A stretch of 64,000 bases of DNA, from positions 310,001-374,000 of IMG/VR virus record IMGVR_UViG_3300037297_000066. One strand, written 5' to 3'. Below the pieces are notes generated by a model that did not search any database, was not told where the DNA came from, and saw only the letters and a list, made by a program, of their open reading frames with translations. How positions within the stretch are numbered: position 1 is the first letter of the stretch; every line of letters begins with the position of its first letter. Positions 18,119 through 25,200 of this stretch are shown piece after piece. Both the position numbers and the translations under genes were made by a program.

Positions 18119-18807
18119 TCTCTAGGGTCCAGGCTCTTGGAGAGTCTTCGGCCAGATTGGTTGCTTTGCGTGATCGTCTGGTCGAAGACTTGAAGGCCAA
18201 AGAGACAGAGGTGGAGACCTTGGGGAGCACGATTGACAAGCTCACCAAGGTAGGGGAGTTGTTTCGCAAGTTGATGGATCTGTTGGTTCATGAGCAGGTC
18301 CAGGCAGTCAAGAGTCTCATTTCTAAAGGCTTTCAAGCCATTTTCTACGACCTTGATCTGTCCTTCGAGGCGGACATCCTGTCCAAGCACAACCGGGTTT
18401 GGATCGACTTCTTCATTCGGCACGGGCAACCAGACGACCCTCTCTCACATCGAGGGAAGCCCTTGGACTCGTTTGGAGGAGGCCCCTCTAGTGTGGCCTC
18501 TTTGGTGTTGCGTATCATCACATTGCTGAAGCTCAAGCGCTATCCGTTGCTGGTGTTGGACGAGGCTTTAGGGGCGGTATCTGACGAGTACACGGAACGT
18601 ACGGGTATGTTCCTGAACAAGCTGGCTGACGAAACGGGGATCGATATTCTGTTGGTGACGCACAAGGCGGCCTATCTAGATCATGCTAACCAAGCGTACC
18701 GCAGCTCCGAGGGGATAGAGGGGAGTGTACGGTACTTGATGCTCAAGGGCCTTCGACATGAAGACAGCACGAGAGATCGAAAACCGAATTCGTCAGTTGT
18801 TGGTTGA
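18082..18807 (+). CDS. sbcC: SbcC/Rad50-like ATPase, C-terminal half (signature, Walker B)
   Basis: Short coil, then DSFGGG signature, LLVLDEALGAVS Walker B/D-loop, LLVTH H-loop; start codon uncertain. Confidence 0.85.
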   Translation: MQRDTICNDPSLVSRVQALGESSARLVALRDRLVEDLKAKETEVETLGSTIDKLTKVGELFRKLMDLLVHEQVQAVKSLISKGFQAIFYDLDLSFEADILSKHNRVWIDFFIRHGQPDDPLSHRGKPLDSFGGGPSSVASLVLRIITLLKLKRYPLLVLDEALGAVSDEYTERTGMFLNKLADETGIDILLVTHKAAYLDHANQAYRSSEGIEGSVRYLMLKGLRHEDSTRDRKPNSSVVG

Positions 18808-19303
18808 CGAGGTCGATCGTCGAGTGGCGGTGGCTCAGGCTCGCATTCCTGTGAACTGCAAATTCAACCACCGTCAGCCGCTTGACCCTAGAAAGTTGGT
18901 AGGCGGGGAACCCAACCCTCAATACAATCGAATCAGCGACACGGAGCAGACTATTGGTCTGTGTATGGTGGGGGCGGAGGATCCTGAAGATTGGAAGGGT
19001 ACCATCTGCGAGGATGCTCTTGATGCTCAACGTTGCCCTCTCTTCCAATCTGTCTTGAGCAAGGAGGCCGTTTGGAAGCAACTGAAACTGGACTTGGTGA
19101 TGGAAGGCTGGGCTAAGGAGCGTATGCCCGAGCTCTACGCCTTGCTATGGGTGTTAGACCACGCTCTCTCTCCATTCATTCCGTGGTGGAAGAGAGTATG
19201 GTTTTGGTTTCTTCGGGTAGAGCCCGAGCCCCGTCTGACCTTCATTCCGGACTCACTGCTGCAACTTCCAAGCTCAGGATCTGATGAGACTGCCGGTTCT
19301 TGA
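18758..19303 (+). CDS. Hypothetical protein with four spaced Cys and a hydrophobic/Trp-rich C-terminal patch
   Basis: 181 aa; NCKFNH, GLC, TICE, RCPLF; PWWKRVWFWFL. Confidence 0.7.
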   Translation: MKTAREIENRIRQLLVDEVDRRVAVAQARIPVNCKFNHRQPLDPRKLVGGEPNPQYNRISDTEQTIGLCMVGAEDPEDWKGTICEDALDAQRCPLFQSVLSKEAVWKQLKLDLVMEGWAKERMPELYALLWVLDHALSPFIPWWKRVWFWFLRVEPEPRLTFIPDSLLQLPSSGSDETAGS

Positions 19304-19901
19304 ACGAATCCTGTGTGTGGAGAGACTACGTCGTCAGGCTTCTTTGTCTGGGGGTTTCTCTGTGCCTGTGATGTTGCAGTGGCCTGTTGGGCCGGAAGAG
19401 AGCCCCTTTCTGGTCAGCAACATGAAAGGTAGGTTTTTGTTAGGCCGTAGATCTAGGGAAGGGGATACCCGGCTGGCTTTCTTCAGCTGTGTTACGGAGG
19501 AAGAGGAAGCTGCTTTCCGGCGTTTTCTAGAAGATCTGCACCGAATTTCTGTGGATGGAGGATGGGGGAATCGGTGTACTAGTGTTCGAGGAGCTCAAGC
19601 CTTCATGGTTGGCCAGGGTCTTGAGCCTAAGATGCTGGTGGTGCCTTACTCTATGCTTCGTGCAGTTGGTGTTGACGTCAGTCTGGAAGAGGCAGAGAAT
19701 CTCATGCTGGCTCAGGGATGCGTTGCAGAAGTAGAAGGATTGAGAGTGATCACAAGCACGGTTTTGTCTTCGGGGTCTGCTGTCTTGTCCACTGCTCCTG
19801 CGTTGGTGGGGACCTGTGTCCGAGTGGACGACAGGTTGGGGGTCTTGATCAGGCAGGCTAACCGGTCAATTGTACTGGTGGGGGATGTCCTGGGTGAGTG
19901 A
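19284..19901 (+). CDS. Hypothetical protein
   Basis: 205-aa ORF overlapping both neighbours. Confidence 0.65.
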   Translation: MRLPVLERILCVERLRRQASLSGGFSVPVMLQWPVGPEESPFLVSNMKGRFLLGRRSREGDTRLAFFSCVTEEEEAAFRRFLEDLHRISVDGGWGNRCTSVRGAQAFMVGQGLEPKMLVVPYSMLRAVGVDVSLEEAENLMLAQGCVAEVEGLRVITSTVLSSGSAVLSTAPALVGTCVRVDDRLGVLIRQANRSIVLVGDVLGE

Positions 19902-20592
19902 TTTGGTGTCTCTAGCTCATGAGTCGGTAGACGAAGAGCGTCTTACCCTGTGGGGTAGAGGAGTCTCTGACTCTCAGATCGAGCAGTTCCAGGTAGGGTA
20001 TCTGGAGGAGATTCCGGATAGCCTGGAGGTCGATCAGGGGTTTTTGGAATGGGCCCGGAAGAAGGGCCTCTACAAGGCTCTGATGTTCCCCTTGACGAAT
20101 ACCTTGGGGGAGGTTAAGGGATTCCAGTTCCGGGTGGTTAGGCAAGGCAAGTCGGTCTACTCGGACTACTTCCTGACCGAAGAGGAGCCCGTTTACTTCG
20201 GGCTAGCTCAAGCGATCCCCTCGATTTGGGAGACTCGCAAGATCTTCATTGTCGAAGGGTGCTTCGATTTGTTCCCGATTCAGAGGGTGTTGCCGTACAC
20301 CATCGCCACCCTGAAGGCTGGGGTGTCCGAGAGCTTGGTCCCCTTGTTGAGAAGACTGGTGGACCAGGTGTGGATGGGGTACGACAATGACCCCGTGGGC
20401 CGAAAGCACGCTTACGGTTTTGCCAAGGAACACGGCCGTGAATTTGACGTGCAAGTGGTGCGCTACCCTGAGGTACCGTTAGCCGATGGCAAGAGAGCCA
20501 AGGACCCTGGTAACCTTTGGGAAGCCTGGGGGGATGAAGGTCTGAGAGACTTTCTCAATCGAAAGATGCAACCATACTCACAGGAGATATGA
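19885..20592 (+). CDS. dnaG: DNA primase catalytic core (TOPRIM), lacking the zinc-binding domain
   Basis: RGVSDSQIEQFQVGY, LMFPL, GFQFR, IVEGCFDL, MGYDNDPVG, KDPGNL; ATG 19885. Confidence 0.85.
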   Translation: MSWVSDLVSLAHESVDEERLTLWGRGVSDSQIEQFQVGYLEEIPDSLEVDQGFLEWARKKGLYKALMFPLTNTLGEVKGFQFRVVRQGKSVYSDYFLTEEEPVYFGLAQAIPSIWETRKIFIVEGCFDLFPIQRVLPYTIATLKAGVSESLVPLLRRLVDQVWMGYDNDPVGRKHAYGFAKEHGREFDVQVVRYPEVPLADGKRAKDPGNLWEAWGDEGLRDFLNRKMQPYSQEI

Positions 20593-21143
20593 AGATGGCG
20601 AGGACCTACGATTCCGGGGATGCTATTGAGTCGGTGGCCAATGGCTTGATTCCTCAGTACCACCCTGAACTAACCTCTGCTCGAATGGCGTATGTCTTCG
20701 TCGATCGAGCGGGCAAGAAAGCCGGCAAAGAGGTGATGGGAGTCACCAAAAAAATCGGTGGCGTTCACGAGTACCTTCTAGAGAAGGACTTCTTGATCGT
20801 CATTGCTCTGGACAAGTGGAACGAGCTCAACGAAGGCCAGCGGTTGGCTTTGGTTGACCACTTGCTAGAACGGTGCACCGGTGAGGAGGACGAAAGCACG
20901 GGTGAGATGCGCTGGAAGGTGCGTGAACCTGATGTTCAGGAGTTCGCTTCGATTCTGCAGCGTCGGGGCGTGTGGCATTCGGACCTTTCTGGGTTCGTTT
21001 CCGTGGCTCAGTTGATTTCCGTGGACGAGATCGTCGAGGAAGAAGTGGAAGTCCAGGGCGAAGAAGGGGAGAGGGAGAACGTTGTCGTTTCTGAGTCGGC
21101 GGACGACGACGAAGACGAAGATTTCGATTTCGATGACGACTAG
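20589..21143 (+). CDS. Putative phage metallopeptidase-fold protein with a degenerate HExxH
   Basis: DFLIVI..DKW, LVDHLLERC, WKVREPDVQEF..ILQRRG resemble that family; acidic tail. Confidence 0.6.
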   Translation: MKMARTYDSGDAIESVANGLIPQYHPELTSARMAYVFVDRAGKKAGKEVMGVTKKIGGVHEYLLEKDFLIVIALDKWNELNEGQRLALVDHLLERCTGEEDESTGEMRWKVREPDVQEFASILQRRGVWHSDLSGFVSVAQLISVDEIVEEEVEVQGEEGERENVVVSESADDDEDEDFDFDDD

Positions 21144-21158
21144 ACCAACTTGACGAAC

Positions 21159-21202
21159 CCAGGGGTCGGTGGGGACTTCGGTCTCCACCCGGGGCCTCCT
21201 GG
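21159..21202 (+). promoter_or_regulatory. Stable C(UUCG)G hairpin upstream of dnaX
   Basis: GGTGGGGAC-TTCG-GTCTCCACC (21168-21189) inside an outer CCAGG/CCTGG pair. Confidence 0.6.
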
Positions 21203-21218
21203 TAGGTAGGCTCCTTTC

Positions 21219-22613
21219 ATGTGGGACGTTAAGTATCGTCCAAAGAAGTTCTCTGACGTGCTGGGCCAACCCGGCATCGTACAGGTGTTGAAGGCTAGGC
21301 TGAAGAACGGCACTGCTCTAGACACTTCGTACATTTTTTCCGGGGGTCATGGGATCGGCAAAACCACCCTGTCCAGGATTTTGGCCAGGGCTTTGCTTTG
21401 TCATGATCTTCAGCCTGAGGGAGAGCCCTGCAATCAGTGTGACAACTGTCGAGACATCTTGAGCGAGACCTCTCATGCGTTTCAGGAGCTGGATGCTGCC
21501 AGCTCGGGGACCATAGACAACGTACGTTCGATGGTCGAGTCTCTGCCCTTTGCTGTGCAAGGGGCTGCCAAGAGGATCATCCTCTTCGATGAGATGCATC
21601 GCATGTCTCGGGATAGCCAAGACGTGTTGCTGAAGCCTATCGAAGACAAGCGTTTGGTGGGCATCTTCTGCACTACTGAACCTACCAAGATCCGAGCTAC
21701 TATTCAGTCCAGGTGTGAGGAGTTCACGCTAAGGCCAATCACTCGGGAGGACATCCTGGCTCGAATGAAGAGGGTCTTAGAACAAGAGGGGGTCACCTAC
21801 GATGAAGACGCTGTGAACATCGTCATCGACTATTCAGGGGGACATGTACGGGATGTGCTCAACCGGCTGGAGATGATGGGACAGCTTGGGGAGATCACCC
21901 AGGAGTCTGTTCGAGAGTATCTGAACCTGTCTGTGGTCTCGCTTTACTATGAGATCTTGTTGTCTCTGGGGGACCCTGCTGTCTCTTTGCGGTTAGTAGA
22001 TCAGGCTGTGGATCGAGTGGGGGCGGATCAGGTGACCTCTGGTTTGGCCGAAGCTGCTATGAGCTCCTATCGGCTGGCTCACAAGATGCATTCTGACTTC
22101 GTGTATGCCGATCGAAAACTGGCAGTGAAGGTTTACGAGGTCTACGGGGATGCTGTGGTTCAGTTAGCTAGGTATTTCCTGAGGGATCGTAAGGTAACGG
22201 CTCCAGGGTTGTTGTGTGATGTGGTCTTGTGTGCCGGAGGGGTCCCTTCTGCGGTAGCTGAGAGCACTTCTCAGGTGGTCGTGAACGCCCCTCAGAGCGC
22301 CCCTGTTTCGGTTTCTTTACCAGAGGCCCCTACTGCTCCTACTGCCTCCAATCCTGTTTCTGAGCCAACCTCAGCCGTTGCTGCTGTGTCTGGTTCTGAG
22401 ACCTTGAAACCAGAAAAAGTCCCTGCTCCTGCCACTAGAACGTTGACTAGTTTGGATCACAAGGCAATATCTCCTGACATGCCCCGAGGTAGTTGTCCTG
22501 AGGAGCCTTTGGTGATCCCCAAAGGGACCAGTGATCGTGCCAATGACCTTTTGACTCCGGCGGAATGGCGACAGGCTTTTCAGAAGCTCTACTTGAGTCA
22601 AAATCGTGGGTGA
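21219..22613 (+). CDS. dnaX: DNA polymerase III gamma/tau subunit
   Basis: KYRPKKFSDVLGQ, GGHGIGKTT, zinc module C..EPCNQCDNC, ELDAAS, FDEMH, TIQSRC, GGHVRD; Pro/Ala/Ser linker. Confidence 0.95.
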   Translation: MWDVKYRPKKFSDVLGQPGIVQVLKARLKNGTALDTSYIFSGGHGIGKTTLSRILARALLCHDLQPEGEPCNQCDNCRDILSETSHAFQELDAASSGTIDNVRSMVESLPFAVQGAAKRIILFDEMHRMSRDSQDVLLKPIEDKRLVGIFCTTEPTKIRATIQSRCEEFTLRPITREDILARMKRVLEQEGVTYDEDAVNIVIDYSGGHVRDVLNRLEMMGQLGEITQESVREYLNLSVVSLYYEILLSLGDPAVSLRLVDQAVDRVGADQVTSGLAEAAMSSYRLAHKMHSDFVYADRKLAVKVYEVYGDAVVQLARYFLRDRKVTAPGLLCDVVLCAGGVPSAVAESTSQVVVNAPQSAPVSVSLPEAPTAPTASNPVSEPTSAVAAVSGSETLKPEKVPAPATRTLTSLDHKAISPDMPRGSCPEEPLVIPKGTSDRANDLLTPAEWRQAFQKLYLSQNRG

Positions 22614-24423
22614 ATGGTTAGTTATAGAGCTGTCCTCTCGGTGTGAGGGGGAGGACCCTAGAGTCCTTCAGGAGGCTTTGACGCGCTTGGTCAAAACCTC
22701 TGAGGTGTTCGTTCCTGCGGCCGTCACAGAGATAGGGGACGATGTTGTCTACTCATATCTCTTGGAGGGGTATGCCTTCGTTCGTCGAGACAGCCCTGAT
22801 TCCACTTATTTGAGATTGGAGAACAGCCGTTACGTAGAGTCTGTTTTGACGGAGCCTCGGGGTTCAGGGGGGAGTCGTCGGTTGTCTACTGTATCAGAAG
22901 AGGACATAGACAGGTTTCGGCGACAGGTGAAGGCTATTTCAGATCAGGGGATCAGCGTTGGAGACACCGTCACAATCACCTCTGGTCCCTATCGGAATAT
23001 AGAGGCTACGGTAGTCGAGGACATCGCAGAAGAGGGGATGGTCCAGGTGCACGTGAAGCTGCGCTCCAAGCAGTCTCTGGTGACGTTGCCACGAGGCTTC
23101 TTGAGGGTAGTAAAGAGGGCCCCTCTTTCCCCGGTCTACAATCGGATGGCTTCCCTAAGGGCCTGGTCCACGATGGCTACGGCCCTCTTGGAGTGGGAGG
23201 AAGGCGATTGGAGCCAGGTCCAAGCGGCGTATGACCGGTACCATCGACTGCACCAGTGGTCCAACAAAGGGAGGCTTCTCTACTCCTTCCTAGGGTCCAA
23301 AGGAATTTTGGACCATTCTTATCGGGATTTGCAGCGGAGACTGCAACGTTTGTCTCGTGTAAAGGCAGCGGCTAGAAAGGCCAGTAGGATCTGTAATCTC
23401 ATAGCCTTTTCTAGGGGGTGGGCGGGACCCCGTGATTTGGAGTCTCTTCAGAACAAACTGATGGATTTGGCGTGGCTGGATGACGTGATGCGTCGAGTTC
23501 AGGAGCTCCATCGTAGCTACAATGTACTGAATCGTAGGTTAACCCATAGGAACGAGAAGCGTAAGATGGTTCAGAACGTGTTGATTGATGGGCACAACTT
23601 GGCTTTTCGGTGCATGTATGCCCCTGGAATGTCCAGGCTGTCTGATAGTCAGGGACGTCCTACGGGGCTTATTGTGGGGTTCCTTCGTAGCCTGGGGGCT
23701 CTTCGCAAGAAATACCCCACGGCCCGCTTTTGGGTTACTTGGGACGGCTCTTCGCAAAGGCGCAAGTCGTCATTTGCTGACTACAAGGCAAATCGTCCAG
23801 TTAGGGAGGCCGATGAGTCTGGGTTTGACCAAATGGCTTATGTACGCAAAGTTATTGTGTATTTAGGGGTGACTCAAGCCTTCAACCCAGAAGAAGAAGC
23901 GGATGACGTGATTGGGGCTTTGGTGAAGGGGGACTTGGTTTCCCAGAAGAACGTGATCTTTTCCTCCGACAAAGATCTCCTACAGTTGGTTACACACGAC
24001 ACTTTCCTGTTGATCCCGGCCATCGGAAGTAGAAAGGAAATTTTGTTCGAAGGTCCCGAAATCGTTGAAGAATATATGGGGGTTCCACCTGGAAAAATGG
24101 TGGAGTTTAGGGCTCTGTGTGGGGACCCTAGTGACAACATTCCTGGGGTGCCTAGAGTTCCAAAGAAGGTATTGCGAGCATTGATTCAGGCCCATGGTTC
24201 GGTGGATGGCATATACAAATCTGGATTGGCTGGTTTGACAAGAAATCAATATGATCGCTTGCGTTCCGCCGAACCTCAGGTGAGAATTAACCTAGAACTG
24301 ATGGCGTTAGTTGACGTCGAAGTCTCTCTCACGTATCCAGATGTAAACAGCAGTGTTGCTCAGCAGTTGATGGAGGAAGTGGGGATCAAACCCCAACCCA
24401 TCCTTAAAGCGTTTGGATTGTAG
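22606..24423 (+). CDS. Fusion of a NusG-family NGN+KOW domain, a helical linker and a 5'-3' exonuclease (PolA N-terminal/FEN-like)
   Basis: aa 1-170: WLVI, EVFVP, LLEGYAFV, VGDTVTITSGPY; from aa 321: VLIDGHNLAFR, WDG, YKANR, EEADDVIG, SSDKDLLQL, GDPSDNIPGVP. Confidence 0.85.
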   Translation: MGEWLVIELSSRCEGEDPRVLQEALTRLVKTSEVFVPAAVTEIGDDVVYSYLLEGYAFVRRDSPDSTYLRLENSRYVESVLTEPRGSGGSRRLSTVSEEDIDRFRRQVKAISDQGISVGDTVTITSGPYRNIEATVVEDIAEEGMVQVHVKLRSKQSLVTLPRGFLRVVKRAPLSPVYNRMASLRAWSTMATALLEWEEGDWSQVQAAYDRYHRLHQWSNKGRLLYSFLGSKGILDHSYRDLQRRLQRLSRVKAAARKASRICNLIAFSRGWAGPRDLESLQNKLMDLAWLDDVMRRVQELHRSYNVLNRRLTHRNEKRKMVQNVLIDGHNLAFRCMYAPGMSRLSDSQGRPTGLIVGFLRSLGALRKKYPTARFWVTWDGSSQRRKSSFADYKANRPVREADESGFDQMAYVRKVIVYLGVTQAFNPEEEADDVIGALVKGDLVSQKNVIFSSDKDLLQLVTHDTFLLIPAIGSRKEILFEGPEIVEEYMGVPPGKMVEFRALCGDPSDNIPGVPRVPKKVLRALIQAHGSVDGIYKSGLAGLTRNQYDRLRSAEPQVRINLELMALVDVEVSLTYPDVNSSVAQQLMEEVGIKPQPILKAFGL

Positions 24424-24432
24424 GAGTGTGAT

Positions 24433-25104
24433 ATGGCTGCTTCTGGGTATGTGATCCCTGTAAATCCTCACGAGCTTGCAAGTAGGGTTCCCACCCACGA
24501 TCCTTGGTACGACGAAGAGAATACGTTCGAAGACGATGACGAAGAGGAGGATGGTTTTTCTGAAGTCGATGAAGAGGAAATGGCTGCTTTGGTAGCCACC
24601 ATTGACTACGAGAGCCAGATAGCCCCTTTTTTGGATCGTATTCCCGAGCGTGAAGCAGACCTGATCTATCTCTACTTCATCCAACACAAACGACAAGCGG
24701 ATATAGCCACCATTTTTGGAGTGACACAGGCGGCTATCTCCTATCGATTGGACCGGGGTATCAAGCGAATCAAGTTCCTCTTGGACATCCCTCAAGTGAC
24801 GGAAGACGACCTTCGGGCTGACCTCCCTGAAGTGTTCCCGGACTCGATGGATATCGATATCTTGGTGGGTATGTGGAAGACAACCTGCCAATCGGAAGTA
24901 GCCTCTCAACTCCGGTTAACACAGGGCCGGGTGCGCCACCGGTTCTTCAAAGCTGTCCGGGTGTTGCAGGAGGCGGCCGAACAGAACGAGAGGTTAAAGC
25001 CTTACAGTCAGATTTTCTCGAAAATTTCAAGCAAGCGGTTCAACATTCTGAGGGAAGTTAAATTACCACAGTGGTCAAATCGGGGTGGTGACGAGTGCTT
25101 GTGA
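24433..25104 (+). CDS. Protein with two sigma70 region-4-like helix-turn-helix domains
   Basis: IPEREADLIYLYF...RQADIATIFGVTQAAISYRLDRG and CQSEVASQLRLTQGRVRHRFFKA; acidic N-terminus; no region 2 recognised. Confidence 0.75.
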   Translation: MAASGYVIPVNPHELASRVPTHDPWYDEENTFEDDDEEEDGFSEVDEEEMAALVATIDYESQIAPFLDRIPEREADLIYLYFIQHKRQADIATIFGVTQAAISYRLDRGIKRIKFLLDIPQVTEDDLRADLPEVFPDSMDIDILVGMWKTTCQSEVASQLRLTQGRVRHRFFKAVRVLQEAAEQNERLKPYSQIFSKISSKRFNILREVKLPQWSNRGGDECL

Positions 25105-25124
25105 GTTTCACTGGAGTTGCAGTA

Positions 25125-25172
25125 GGCCCGGAGGCTGGGGGGTGAAGGCCCCTAAGGCCGGGTTTTCTTTTA
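25125..25172 (+). terminator. Possible intrinsic terminator at the end of the replication module
   Basis: GC-rich CCCGG...GGGG...CCCC...CCGGG pairing followed by TTTTCTTTT. Confidence 0.4.
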
Positions 25173-25174
25173 TG
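25161..25174 (+). promoter_or_regulatory. Putative late-promoter motif GGTTTTCTTTTATG
   Basis: Near-identical to GGTTTCTTTTATG at 58735-58747; both are intergenic and upstream of virion genes. Confidence 0.5.
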
Positions 25175-25198
25175 TAGTCTCTTCCTCGGGAGAGACTA
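25175..25198 (+). promoter_or_regulatory. Hairpin covering the ribosome-binding site of the first virion gene
   Basis: TAGTCTCT (25175-25182) / AGAGACTA (25191-25198) perfect inverted repeat containing GGGAGAG; GTG start at 25201. Confidence 0.6.
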
Positions 25199-25200
25199 TC

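Noticed and set aside
21150-21218. SRP RNA (often found upstream of bacterial dnaX)
   Set aside because: Only ~70 nt are available, the loop is UUCG rather than GGAA, and the conserved SRP internal-loop motif is absent
22420-22445. E. coli-type dnaX -1 frameshift site producing gamma
   Set aside because: The sequence is CCAGAAAAAGTC, not A AAA AAG, and no downstream stimulatory hairpin was seen
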